IMG/VR virus record: IMGVR_UViG_3300040856_003274
Coordinates: 104,267-168,266 of that record
DNA: 64,000 bases
Origin: a virus
Reading direction: 5' to 3' (one strand)
Both the position numbers and the translations under genes were made by a program. Shown one piece after another: positions 1 through 10,529 of the stretch. The notes beneath the pieces are model-generated. The model worked only from the letters and a program-made list of their open reading frames with translations. It did not search any database and was not told where the DNA came from. How positions within the stretch are numbered: the first letter of the stretch is position 1; each line of letters starts with the position of its first letter.

Positions 1-1
1 C

Positions 2-3000
2 ACTTAGAGTTTCATTAGAAGCCTCTAAGATATCCTTAACGGGCTGGTTACCCGAACCCTCCCAACCGTGAGCCCTCAAACCCCACCTTGCGCTGGTAGC
101 GTCATAGATGCCTACACCGAGGTGGTCAAGTGTCCTTCTCTTAAAGGTAAGAGGGTCGCCTCCGTTAATCTCTAGGGCAGAGTTTACTGAGCTATCAGGG
201 TTTCCTGTAAGCCCTGTCTCAACTTGCTCTACATCAAGCGTTGCTTCTAAAGAAAGACCGCTTATAGAGTGCATACGCCCGCGCTCGCCCGCGTGAGAGA
301 GAGGGTACACCTCTGTAAAGGTGAGTCTGTCTTCTTCAATATTAGCGGTACGGGAGCTAGCTCTAATGTTAACGCTGAAGTCTAAGTGACCTTCGCTGTC
401 GTTAGGATTAGAGACGAAGAAGTTAGCGCCCGAAGTCACTTTATGGAAGTAATGACTAGGGTCAATAAGAGGAGAGCCCAAAGTAGTGGTGGTAATGACA
501 AGGTTTGTTTGAAACGAGAAGCTACCAAACAACAGTGCGAAACTCGCACTGACTGTTCCGTCTGCGCTTATTCTTTGTACACTGCCTGTGACACTGCCTG
601 ACGGTGTAGTTTTAGTGAGCCTAATCGTATCAACGACCTCGCCCTCGTTTACCGCTACGAAAGGGTCTATGTCTCGTTTATAGAGATTAATCTCGATAAT
701 CGTACCGAACTCTGCGTTAAACCATAAGTCTTCAAACGGCGTAAGGTCTAAGCCTCCTATAGACTCGACTTTGAAGGTATACACATAAATATTCAACACA
801 GCGTCATAGACGCGACGTACCGCTACCCCTGAGAAGTGGCCTGGGTCTTCGTAAGCAAGCGCGTTATTTAAAACGTAAGAAATCTTATTGCCGATCTCTG
901 TGTGGCTTACATATCTAGGCGGCTCAACGCTATTAGAGTCTACTCTGCCTACCGAAAGGAAGCCTCTACTACCTAACGTAGAACCCTCTAATGTCTCTGA
1001 GAGCATTAGATCATAAGGCTCTGCGTCTGCGACACCGCTTTTAGGCGTGTAAGCCCCTGCGTCCGTCACAGGGAGCAATGATCTTGAAAAATCTAAGATA
1101 CCCATGTCGTCAGGTACAGCGGAACGCTCAACGATCTCGTCAGGGTAATCTGACTGAGTAACCGTAGCGTTATCTTGGTCTAAAACCGTTTGGAGCTTCT
1201 TTTGGAGTGCTCTCAACCTAATCTTCTCTACAGAAGGACTTGAGAGGTAAGGTACGGGGTAGTCCCCACTATCAGACTTATCTTCACTAAAGAGCGCAGG
1301 TAATCTTAAGGGCTCGATATCGCTATACGAAAAAGAGATATCCGCGTCATAGAACATTCCAGGTGTAGGAGGAGTTTGACCTAACATTTCTTTTAGAGGA
1401 AAAGGCACTGTGTCTTCTAGGCTTGGTAAAGATCGGTCTGCGATCTCCCCGTTAGAGCGGAGCGTGAAGTCAGAACCTGCTCTGTAAGTATCCGAGAAAG
1501 AGGAGACGAGAACCATCTCTTCTATCGTAGGGCTAATACCTGCATCGCTAGAAGGCTGTGTTGCTTCCGCGAAGAGGGTATCGCCCTCGGAGATGACAGC
1601 CCCCTCTCTAAGGCTAGAGATGTCTTGAACGCGCCTAACGGGGTCTGACTCGTCGCTCTTTAAGTCGATTACGCATCCAGCATAGATATTTCTTACCGAT
1701 ACTTTGGCGTATACGGGCTCGTCTTGTATCTCGACGTATTTAACATCTCTAAGGTTAATGATTTGCCCGTTCGCATACCCTACGTTTAGAGTATCGCCTA
1801 CCTTAAACGCTGGAGTAGATAGTTCTACATCCCCTGTCGTCAAATCACTTAAAGAGCCTCCGTTAGAGATGAGTTTGGTAAGGTCAGGTAGCTCGTTCTC
1901 GTCTAGGGGGAAGTCTTTGATTAGGAGAGGAGTGGCTAAGATTGCAGGTCTAGGAGTCACTGAGAAAGACTCCGCGCCGACAAGCCCTAATGATGTGTCT
2001 AACTCAGGAAACCCGTGAGGTGAGTAACTTACAACACGCGCTCTCGGAAACCGCTTTCTTAGAGTAGCGTCTGTAACCGCGCTCACTTCTCCTATTACGT
2101 TGTTTTGAAGCTGACCGATTACATTCCCATTTGTATCTGCCCACCCATAATCAAAAACACCGCGCCCTGTCTCAACGACTCGACCTGCGGTAAAGATACC
2201 ATCGTTAGGGTACTCGTCTGAAACGTGGCCTTTGTAGATTTGACCGTATCCTTGAGCTCTTTGAGGGAAGAGTCTTGAGAGCTTATGGAGCTCACCTAGC
2301 CTCTTATAGACTCCCCTAAGAGTGTTTTTCTTATCGCCGTTGATTTTTATTGTTTTTTTACGAGTGCCTACAAGCACAATGTCATCAACATCGTTCTCTA
2401 CGTAACGCTTCTGATCATTCGTAAGTCTTTTAATCTCGCTAGAGGTCATGTCTTGGTCGTCAAACACAACACCATCAATCAGAGAGGGTGTAATGTGCGG
2501 GCGCAAGAGCGGGTCACTGCTAATAGGAATGTAAGGCGAGTTAGACACCGCTGAGAAAGCCTCTCGGAAGAGTATTCTTGGCGTGTAAGAGCCCTCGATC
2601 AGGTTCTCGAAGCCAGGTGTCTCGGTTACGCGGTCTTCTCGCCTAATATTAAACTTGAGCTTACCGTCTCGGTCACCAATGAAGACACCCTCTGAAGTCT
2701 CTACCATCTGCTCAAGAGAACACACTACATTATGGTAGAAGCTCAGGAAAGATCGAGCTACGCGCTCCTTATTTTTAATCCTTGTGCGGGTCGAGAGTAT
2801 GCCTGATACACCTTTATCGTTACTCTCGTCAGGCGCTGAGGCGAGAAAAGAGCCGAAGGTGTTAAGGTTCTTTTCTCGGTCTTCGCTTAAGACCTCTTTC
2901 GCAAACTCCTTGAGCGGTAAAGCGCGGAAATAAAACCCGTCAGGGTCTACGTACTCGTACTTGCCTTTTAAGATGAACCCATTGTTCTCTTCAGGAGATA

Positions 3001-6000
3001 CGAGTTTAATGTAAGAGATGCCTAGTAAGGGGCTTACAAGCACTCCGTCTCGGAAATACGGAGAGGGCGCTTTGATTAAGCTGAACGCTCCGAATAGCTC
3101 GTCTCCAGCATCGAAGCCTTTAAAGTGGTTAGAGTCAAAAGCCATATCCCCTGTGGAGGGATTTATGGTGAAGTCGAGGTCTTGGCGCAGAGCTTCACCG
3201 ATACCCTCACTGTTTAAGCGTATGAGGGTGTAAGGGTTTGATGTTAGATAAGCACCCTTGCCTACAACGATGGGGGTATTCTTTTGGTATATAGGTGTCT
3301 TGCTAATCTTAAGGGAGTCCGAGCTGGAGTACCCTTTCTGAAAGATGTCCGTCAACTCTATCGTGGTTTGGTTGCCGTCTTCAGAAACAGTTGCTGAAGC
3401 GATGATAAAGGAGTCTCCGCCTACCTCAAGTACATTCCCCGTAATCGCGTACTCTAGGAAGTTACCGAAAAGAGTAAGGTTCTTCGCGCCCCTAGACACG
3501 GGCGCGAACACGGGAGGGTTGCTGAGGTTGAAGGCTTCCTCAAAAGGCACTAGGAAAGACTCTGTGACGGAACGGTCTGTGATGAGCATCAACTCAGGGT
3601 TACTTGCAGAGCGGGAGCCGAGCTCTTTTGTAGGAGTAGGGGTGATCTCAACGGAAGTCTCATTTGCGTCAGCGTCGTAAACGCTAGAAGTCACATAAAG
3701 AGTAGACGCTCCTAATCTTAAGAGCTTACCTGCGCTAATCTCAGTCCTATCTCCCTTGAGCTTAAAGAGCCTTTGATCAACCGCTAAGAAGAAAGGCTCA
3801 TGATAGTAAGGCTCTCCTAGCGTGAATATAATCTCTCCACCCTGAGCTGAGAAAACCGCATATGTGACGGTTACAGGTCTGCCGTCTGTTATAGAGCGGT
3901 TGAAGTCTAGCCTCCCCTCGCTAATCGTAACCGTCTGAGCGCCTCTATAGTTTTCGAGATTAGCCTCTACGTAAACGACAGGCTCAAAGCTCGTATCTAG
4001 AGGCAAGCCGTTAAGATTAAACTCATAAGTGTACTGAGAGCTTCTTTGGGCGCTTTCGCTTTTAATGAAGAAGGGGAGCTTCTTAGTAATCCGATCTTCC
4101 GAAGTGGCTCTACCGTCTATATCACCAGGTTGATACGTAACCTCTATCTCTTGGTCTTTCACAAGAGGCTTTGAGAGCTGGAAGCTCCCTGCGAGAGAGT
4201 TAGCTTTAAAGTCTGCACCCTCAATCAGCACCTCAACAAGGTAAGCAGAGGTCGCCTGCGTATTAACCACACCGTTGTGAGGGTCTAGCTCTAAGACATC
4301 AGCAGAGAAAGACTCGCTGTAATATACCACGCTGTCAGCGAGGCTTGTTACGATCTCTAAGCCTACTCTCAACTCTCCTGTGGGTAGATACTCAATGATC
4401 GCTTCGTTATCTGTGAACGCTTCAACTCGAATAAGAGTGCCTAAAAACTTATTAAACTCCCTACTTCCGATATTCAAGATGAAGTCTGAGAGGGTTTCTT
4501 TATCCGCGTTCAAGCCAGGTAGGGCGAGGTTGTCTGCTACATCACCAAGAGCCACACCTTTATTGAGGATATACGGAGTCTGATCCGCTTCATCTATACG
4601 GATGAATATCTGCCTACCCTTCGTAAGGGACTCGAAAGGTGACGTGATCTTATCTTCAGGTATGGGTGTCAGTTTTCTGACAATGAGAGGCTCTTCATTA
4701 AGATGGTTGAAGGGCTCGTAAAAGACCTCCGCGAACAAGCTATCGCGGTTAGTGTCATCCTTAAGGATCGTGCAGAAGACATTATCTTCTTCAACCTTAA
4801 GGTTAGTCTCTACGATCCCGTTTTGCCTATTATAGTTGACGCGCACATAACGAATACCTGAGCTGAGGGCGAGCTTTAGGACTTGACCCTCTACAACATC
4901 TGCAAAGAAACTAACAGACGTGCTCTCTATGTTTCCAAAAGAGTCGCAAGACACAAGACCCGTAGCCAGCGAGTTGCGGAAAGACTCGATGAGAGTGACC
5001 TGTCCTTGAGGCTCACTGACCACGTAATCTAACCCTAATGTCAAATATTCATAGTCGTTAACACCGTCTGAATATTTGACGAAGCCTCTAAGCTCAGGTG
5101 CGGTGCTCCCGCTCAGTATTTGAGTGTCACCCAAAGAGATATTGACGGTAGGTCTTTGGATAGGGATCGTCTTCGCGACCCTCTCAACCCACTTAAACTG
5201 ATTGTCCTCGAAGTTGTAGGCGATATCTTCAAACGGATAGAGTATCTTTTGCCGTATCCCGCTGTCGTATTTAAAAAATGCGCTCTCGGTATAGCCGAGG
5301 CCGTCTTCTAGGGGATTAAAGTCTAAGAAATGGAAAGGACTCCGAGAGATTGTTCCGATAGGTATATCGTTAATGATTGACGTAGACTTAAAGTCAGAAA
5401 CTTGCCTAGACAGGTCTAAGTTAACGGGGGATCGGTACACTCCAAGCGCGACACCTGACTCAATACTCCATGTGTGGTCGGAGTGGTAAAAGACAGGTAA
5501 TCCGAAGGCTTCAATCGCAGAGGTGTCTTTGTTGCCATTATCGTCGTAAGGGCTTAACTCTAAGATTGTCCCCACCTCTACTCTAATGACAAGGTATCGG
5601 TTAATCAGACTTACGCTGACACCTTGTCCTAAAACGCTATTAAGGCTACCTATAAGATTACTGCCTACATAGCGCCAGCGCACATAAGCGCCGTCTTTAT
5701 GGAAGTGGAGGCTGTCTCCCTCTTTAAGCTCAAATAGGGATCTTTTCTTAGAGACAAGCTCTCTTCCTCCAACGTAACGGCTCGGCACTAGCTCGCTCTG
5801 TCTAAATAAAATGCGCCCACCTTGATTAGACTTTTGCCATGTCGAAGGGGCATGAGTAGGCAGACCTACACCGTCTGCCTCTAGCGCAACAAAAGCAGAG
5901 CTTTCTTTTATCTCCTTACGCTTAGGAAGATCGCTTACTCTATCGACCACCTTAACTCGCTCTAAACAAGCATTCTCCGTGTAAATAAAGAAGTCTCCTA

Positions 6001-7585
6001 CACCTTGAGCAGATGTTACGAGCCCGCACCCGTTAGGTCTAAAGGTAGGTGTGTCAGAGCTGTTAGGTTTTGTACCTGTTTTATCGGGATCACCGAGATA
6101 CCCGCTTGTGAGGTAACCGTCTTCAGACAGTGTTGAGGGAGGTATTCTTAGTTTTGTGCTCTTGGCAAGGTTGTTGACCTCTTGCCCGTTTTCGTTCCTT
6201 AACGTCACAGGGTATTTTACGGGCAAAGGCTCTTTATTCAGGGCGATGCCGTTATAGAGGACTTGAGCGCCTACATACAACCTATTAAAGGAGTTGCTAG
6301 TGATGTCAACCTTGGCTAGATCAATCTCGCTAAACTTGAGCTTTCCCGTAGAGAGCGCGACTCCTACGTGACCCTCTAACAGAGTAAGCCCGCTTAAAAG
6401 AGTCTCTGTATCTACTAGAGTAACGGAGAGAGGTCTGCGGTTGCCGATGTGGAGCATAGGTCGGCTTTGAGGGGGAGGGGGAGGGCTGATATAAAGGTCT
6501 TCACCGAACGTGCCGACAACACCATCGTTTTCTTCATTAAGGTTTAAGGTTGAGTACCAAAGGGTTGAACCGTAATAAGCCTCTACGAAAGTCGGATTGA
6601 ATAGAATTTGACCACTCTCGACAGACAACAACCCTGAGAGAGGTGGGTTGTAGTCATCGAAGGCGATTTCTTTGTTATCGAGCTGTGTTTGAGATACTGC
6701 AAGGACACCTGAATACTCCTTGCCCATAGAAGCTACGGGTACGGACGCTTCATTAGGGACATCCCCTAATCTTAATGTAGCATAGAGATCATTTGACTCG
6801 CCATCGAGAAACTCACCTTGTCTTATCCATGTTGGCAGGGGGCTCAGTGTAAAGGACTCTGAGGTGAGCTGTCCTAGATTGACAGGCTTGGAACCTTTAA
6901 TGAGAGTCCAGTTACGAGTTGCACCATCCCATTTAAAGCGCGACTGATTAGGATCATTCTTAGTCCACCAAAAGCGAGCGTCTTCTACGGTATAGGTAGC
7001 GCCCGTGATCGTGTCTCCCCTATCTTGTGAGAGAGCGGCTTGGTTCGCACCGCTCTCAGTAAGGTTTCTCGTCTCGGTAGTGTTCTTTAGCGTAACCTTA
7101 CCGCTGGTCGAGTTAAAGTCGAAATGGAGACTAGTAAACTCTACAGGGTCGCCATTGATTAAGACAGTGAGGGACAGGAGCGTATCTACTTTGAGCCCTT
7201 GCAAATCGTGGACAAGAAACTCGTTAGTTGCGTCATAGTAAGGATCGGCTAGTCCCTGTCTAATCGTAAGATTAAGATACCTGAAGGTTACTTCAGCGTT
7301 GTCTAACACTTTTGTGGGGTCAAGGGCGAGGTTGGAAGAGTTAGCCGCCCATACAAAGTATTCTTCTAGTTGCTCCTCAGAGAGGTTTGCGCTTCGGTAA
7401 ATCTCAGCACGCAGGTCAATAAAGTCGGGCAGTGTGTTAAGGAAGTTTGCGGAAAACCCGCTGAATAAATCGCCCTTCTGCTTAAAGTCTCTAACGACTT
7501 TAATCTCCGCCTCGTTTGTGGTGCTCGCGTTCGAGTCTGCGCTCTTTACGCCTTCTAATACAACACCTTTGAAAAGCTCACTCAT
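2..7585 (-). CDS. Giant virion structural protein (tail/baseplate-associated), 3'-truncated by window edge, >2,528 aa
   Basis: Not in the ORF track because it has no stop in the window. ATG at 7585 (MSELFKGVVLEGVKSADSNAST...), 9 nt after the previous stop; the same frame is open at the window edge (...WGLRAHGWEGSGNQPVKDILEASNETLS) and the track lists no minus-strand ORF ending in 1-7585. Function inferred from position after spike/hub genes. Confidence 0.8.
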   Translation of the reverse strand, partial: MSELFKGVVLEGVKSADSNASTTNEAEIKVVRDFKQKGDLFSGFSANFLNTLPDFIDLRAEIYRSANLSEEQLEEYFVWAANSSNLALDPTKVLDNAEVTFRYLNLTIRQGLADPYYDATNEFLVHDLQGLKVDTLLSLTVLINGDPVEFTSLHFDFNSTSGKVTLKNTTETRNLTESGANQAALSQDRGDTITGATYTVEDARFWWTKNDPNQSRFKWDGATRNWTLIKGSKPVNLGQLTSESFTLSPLPTWIRQGEFLDGESNDLYATLRLGDVPNEASVPVASMGKEYSGVLAVSQTQLDNKEIAFDDYNPPLSGLLSVESGQILFNPTFVEAYYGSTLWYSTLNLNEENDGVVGTFGEDLYISPPPPPQSRPMLHIGNRRPLSVTLVDTETLLSGLTLLEGHVGVALSTGKLKFSEIDLAKVDITSNSFNRLYVGAQVLYNGIALNKEPLPVKYPVTLRNENGQEVNNLAKSTKLRIPPSTLSEDGYLTSGYLGDPDKTGTKPNSSDTPTFRPNGCGLVTSAQGVGDFFIYTENACLERVKVVDRVSDLPKRKEIKESSAFVALEADGVGLPTHAPSTWQKSNQGGRILFRQSELVPSRYVGGRELVSKKRSLFELKEGDSLHFHKDGAYVRWRYVGSNLIGSLNSVLGQGVSVSLINRYLVIRVEVGTILELSPYDDNGNKDTSAIEAFGLPVFYHSDHTWSIESGVALGVYRSPVNLDLSRQVSDFKSTSIINDIPIGTISRSPFHFLDFNPLEDGLGYTESAFFKYDSGIRQKILYPFEDIAYNFEDNQFKWVERVAKTIPIQRPTVNISLGDTQILSGSTAPELRGFVKYSDGVNDYEYLTLGLDYVVSEPQGQVTLIESFRNSLATGLVSCDSFGNIESTSVSFFADVVEGQVLKLALSSGIRYVRVNYNRQNGIVETNLKVEEDNVFCTILKDDTNRDSLFAEVFYEPFNHLNEEPLIVRKLTPIPEDKITSPFESLTKGRQIFIRIDEADQTPYILNKGVALGDVADNLALPGLNADKETLSDFILNIGSREFNKFLGTLIRVEAFTDNEAIIEYLPTGELRVGLEIVTSLADSVVYYSESFSADVLELDPHNGVVNTQATSAYLVEVLIEGADFKANSLAGSFQLSKPLVKDQEIEVTYQPGDIDGRATSEDRITKKLPFFIKSESAQRSSQYTYEFNLNGLPLDTSFEPVVYVEANLENYRGAQTVTISEGRLDFNRSITDGRPVTVTYAVFSAQGGEIIFTLGEPYYHEPFFLAVDQRLFKLKGDRTEISAGKLLRLGASTLYVTSSVYDADANETSVEITPTPTKELGSRSASNPELMLITDRSVTESFLVPFEEAFNLSNPPVFAPVSRGAKNLTLFGNFLEYAITGNVLEVGGDSFIIASATVSEDGNQTTIELTDIFQKGYSSSDSLKISKTPIYQKNTPIVVGKGAYLTSNPYTLIRLNSEGIGEALRQDLDFTINPSTGDMAFDSNHFKGFDAGDELFGAFSLIKAPSPYFRDGVLVSPLLGISYIKLVSPEENNGFILKGKYEYVDPDGFYFRALPLKEFAKEVLSEDREKNLNTFGSFLASAPDESNDKGVSGILSTRTRIKNKERVARSFLSFYHNVVCSLEQMVETSEGVFIGDRDGKLKFNIRREDRVTETPGFENLIEGSYTPRILFREAFSAVSNSPYIPISSDPLLRPHITPSLIDGVVFDDQDMTSSEIKRLTNDQKRYVENDVDDIVLVGTRKKTIKINGDKKNTLRGVYKRLGELHKLSRLFPQRAQGYGQIYKGHVSDEYPNDGIFTAGRVVETGRGVFDYGWADTNGNVIGQLQNNVIGEVSAVTDATLRKRFPRARVVSYSPHGFPELDTSLGLVGAESFSVTPRPAILATPLLIKDFPLDENELPDLTKLISNGGSLSDLTTGDVELSTPAFKVGDTLNVGYANGQIINLRDVKYVEIQDEPVYAKVSVRNIYAGCVIDLKSDESDPVRRVQDISSLREGAVISEGDTLFAEATQPSSDAGISPTIEEMVLVSSFSDTYRAGSDFTLRSNGEIADRSLPSLEDTVPFPLKEMLGQTPPTPGMFYDADISFSYSDIEPLRLPALFSEDKSDSGDYPVPYLSSPSVEKIRLRALQKKLQTVLDQDNATVTQSDYPDEIVERSAVPDDMGILDFSRSLLPVTDAGAYTPKSGVADAEPYDLMLSETLEGSTLGSRGFLSVGRVDSNSVEPPRYVSHTEIGNKISYVLNNALAYEDPGHFSGVAVRRVYDAVLNIYVYTFKVESIGGLDLTPFEDLWFNAEFGTIIEINLYKRDIDPFVAVNEGEVVDTIRLTKTTPSGSVTGSVQRISADGTVSASFALLFGSFSFQTNLVITTTTLGSPLIDPSHYFHKVTSGANFFVSNPNDSEGHLDFSVNIRASSRTANIEEDRLTFTEVYPLSHAGERGRMHSISGLSLEATLDVEQVETGLTGNPDSSVNSALEINGGDPLTFKRRTLDHLGVGIYDATSARWGLRAHGWEGSGNQPVKDILEASNETLS

Positions 7586-7594
7586 GTCTTAACC

Positions 7595-8197
7595 TTATCC
7601 GATTATGCTAAAAGTAGGCGCAGAGCCGATTAAAACGGACACGGCGGCTGGCGGGACGGGGGTTACTGCACCAACGCCAAATCCTAATAGGGTTTGTTGC
7701 CCTAAAGCTACACTAATACCTTTAGATAATAAAGATTGATTAAGCTGAGGAGAGCCTCCACTTGAAACAAAAGCTGACTTGATCGCGCTAAGCAAAGAAG
7801 CCTCTAATGTAGGCACGTTAGCGGCGATTACTTTTGTGGAGTCAACCCCTGCGACAACACCTGACGACTGTCCTTTGTATACGATGCCACTCATAGAAGA
7901 AGCGCACGCGAGCCCTACTGCTTTATAGAGCTCTAAAGCGATAGGCCCCTTTAGATCGCTCGCTTTAGTGGCGGTGGCGACAAAGCTCGGAGAAGGAGGG
8001 AACGTAGTCACTCCGTTAACTTCCCCTTTTCCTCCCACAGAGCCTGTTGCAGTACCTTGGAATGTAATATTAGAGGGCGTGTTTACCCATGTTGCGATCC
8101 CTGTCGAAATGGCGGAAGCTAGGATGCTCCAGCTTAATCCTTTGAAAGTGCTATTAGAGAGGATTTCTTGATTTAGTGTGGCGGGTGTCAGTTTCAT
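7595..8197 (-). CDS. Small A/G/S-rich virion protein directly after central spike (possible spike-tip/accessory)
   Basis: 200 aa ORF, tightly packed in tail operon; no PAAR motif; role inferred from position only. Confidence 0.55.
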   Translation of the reverse strand: MKLTPATLNQEILSNSTFKGLSWSILASAISTGIATWVNTPSNITFQGTATGSVGGKGEVNGVTTFPPSPSFVATATKASDLKGPIALELYKAVGLACASSMSGIVYKGQSSGVVAGVDSTKVIAANVPTLEASLLSAIKSAFVSSGGSPQLNQSLLSKGISVALGQQTLLGFGVGAVTPVPPAAVSVLIGSAPTFSIIG

Positions 8198-8207
8198 TAA
8201 ACTTTTC

Positions 8208-10529
8208 TTATGGAGAGAGTCTTACAGTCGAGCTTCCCATATTATAAGTTGATAATGGCTTGCCTGACAACGGGTCTAAATCCGTTGAGCTGACTACTCC
8301 TCCGCCTAGAGCCCCCGTGACGAGACTGATTGAGTTAGCGGATACGGTTGCTTTGGCAGAGGAGGTAATGTTAACAGCACCCCCTGCCGTCATAGAGAGG
8401 GTAGCTGTGACATTAACCGCCATCTTTTGAGGTGTGTTAACCGTTATCCCTGTAGCGGAGTCAAAGGAAGCTGAAGAGAGCCCTGCTCCAAGCTCAGATT
8501 GGCCTAAAGTTGTTGTGTAAATCTGTCTCCCTACCTCAACCGTTGTACTGTGTTCTCCAGCAACGAGCGTTTCTTCGCGGTTACCAAAAGTGTTGAGGTA
8601 GCTGTCAGCCTTCGGGTTTGTCGGAAGGTTCGTAATGTTAACCTGACGGCTCGCACCACTCGTAGGTAGGTTGGAGCTAATATTAAGAGAGTGTCCGTTC
8701 GTGTAGTTTTCAGACCCGTTCTCCGCAGAGATCGCGTATCCTCCAGCAGAAGAAACCTGATATGCGCCCCCCGTATTGATCTCAATATTCTGAGTGTCAG
8801 ATAGATCAAATGTCTGCGCCGAGATTTTAACCTTGTTAGCGGCTTTAAGCTGTATAAGACCTCTGCCTTCAATCAGCACATCAGGTGCGTTCTCGACAGC
8901 TTGGGCAGTGGTTACTTTACCTCCACCGAAGATGCTTACCGCGCCTCCCTCAGATCTAATGTTAACGCCAACATTACCTGTTAAGCCACCCTCTTTAGAG
9001 ATGAGCTCGATTTCTTTGTCTGCCGTGAGCTTATAGCCTTCACCTGTACCAAGCCTCATGCCCCCTAAGGAGTAAAGCTCGAAAGCGTTGTCTGCTCTGC
9101 TACCAACAAAGCTCGCTAAAAACTTACCTTCCTTTGTGACGGTGATGAAAGAGCTTTCCCTAAACGCTCCTCTACCTCTCACATCAACAGGAGGTGTCAC
9201 GATTAAGCTAAAAGCAGACTGATCGTTGAGCGGGCGGTCTGTGCCTATTACGAAATCCTTAACGAGGTTATCTCCGTCAAAGACAATCGGCACAAGAGGC
9301 GCTCCGTACTTTTCTTTGCCTGCTTCTGTGAACGGGTCATTACCGACAAGCGTGCCTAACACCATCTCTACAAAGTTGGGGGTAGGGTCTGACTCGCCGT
9401 TGTCAGGATAGTTATCAGCATCAAACCCGTCAGTTTGCTCCGTAACAGGGAGTGTTCCGTTAGAGGTGTGCTTTAGCTCTATGCGGTATTCTGTCAGGGA
9501 GTTTTCACTTAAGGGGCTTGAGGTATAGCTGTTTTCGTAGTTAACAGAGCTATCTCCAACTCTATAGAAGACTTTACCTCCGTAAGAGGAATAGTCTTCA
9601 AGGTTTTCGTCTAACCTGAAGCCGTCTGAGTCGATGAAGAGCCCCCACTGTAAAAACTCATAAGGGTTTAAGTCCTTCGCAAACGTAATACCGCCTGATC
9701 TCTCAAACGCTGTTTCACCGCTGTAGTTTTCTTCTTCTCCTATGGGAGGATAGAAGAGGTAGGACGGTGTGAGGAAGTCGTCGTCAAACAACCCTTCCTC
9801 TATGTTTTCATAAGAGTGACCCCAATCAAGCCCATCAGAGAACATTTGAGTCGGTAAGAGCCTAGCGTCTCGTTGCACCATGCCTGCGTACACGCGTGCG
9901 CCCGCGAGACTATGGAACTGTTGCAATGAGCGCGTGACCAAAGCCTGATCTTGATCTCTAAGAATAATCTCGTTAGCTCTACGGTTCGTGATCGTCACGC
10001 TCTCGTCTAGATGGAGGTCAGCGCCTTGCCTTGAAGAGATAAGAGCCTCACCTTCTTCAAGGTGGCGCATCTTAAAACGTATACGAGAAGCAAACCCTTT
10101 GAGATCGTCCCGATCAGCCCCTGTTTCCATTTGACCTTCTTCAGGAGAGAAGTCTTGCCCTACAACCCAATCTCTCGCGAGCCATGATGGAGGCGGGAAA
10201 TAAGAGACGATGACAGGCTGTCGAGCTGAAGCTCTACCATCACTTTCTTTAGGGGCAAAGGCGACGACAGCGTAATCTCCGCTACAAGGCATCATCCCAA
10301 AGAAACTACGGCGACCGCCTCCAGGGAATGTTATTGGCGCTTTAAACTCAAAAGTTTCGGACTCTTTAGTCTTCGAGTGTAAATGGACATACCCTTCTTC
10401 AAAGTTGACGTGGGTAATCTTAAAGATTGCCAAACCCCACTGACCCCAACCTCGGCTACCACTTTCATTGGCGATGTTAAGAGGGGTAGTGCTGTTGATG
10501 TAAGTTGTTTCTGCGCCTTGTGGTATCAT
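8208..10529 (-). CDS. Baseplate central spike (gp5/VgrG/gpV-like)
   Basis: N-terminal OB-fold-like segment (ITHVNFEEGYVHL...PITFPGGGRRSFFGMMPCSGDYAVVAF) and S/T/G/N-rich beta-helix-like C-terminus; follows hub gene with 4-nt overlap. Confidence 0.7.
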   Translation of the reverse strand: MIPQGAETTYINSTTPLNIANESGSRGWGQWGLAIFKITHVNFEEGYVHLHSKTKESETFEFKAPITFPGGGRRSFFGMMPCSGDYAVVAFAPKESDGRASARQPVIVSYFPPPSWLARDWVVGQDFSPEEGQMETGADRDDLKGFASRIRFKMRHLEEGEALISSRQGADLHLDESVTITNRRANEIILRDQDQALVTRSLQQFHSLAGARVYAGMVQRDARLLPTQMFSDGLDWGHSYENIEEGLFDDDFLTPSYLFYPPIGEEENYSGETAFERSGGITFAKDLNPYEFLQWGLFIDSDGFRLDENLEDYSSYGGKVFYRVGDSSVNYENSYTSSPLSENSLTEYRIELKHTSNGTLPVTEQTDGFDADNYPDNGESDPTPNFVEMVLGTLVGNDPFTEAGKEKYGAPLVPIVFDGDNLVKDFVIGTDRPLNDQSAFSLIVTPPVDVRGRGAFRESSFITVTKEGKFLASFVGSRADNAFELYSLGGMRLGTGEGYKLTADKEIELISKEGGLTGNVGVNIRSEGGAVSIFGGGKVTTAQAVENAPDVLIEGRGLIQLKAANKVKISAQTFDLSDTQNIEINTGGAYQVSSAGGYAISAENGSENYTNGHSLNISSNLPTSGASRQVNITNLPTNPKADSYLNTFGNREETLVAGEHSTTVEVGRQIYTTTLGQSELGAGLSSASFDSATGITVNTPQKMAVNVTATLSMTAGGAVNITSSAKATVSANSISLVTGALGGGVVSSTDLDPLSGKPLSTYNMGSSTVRLSP

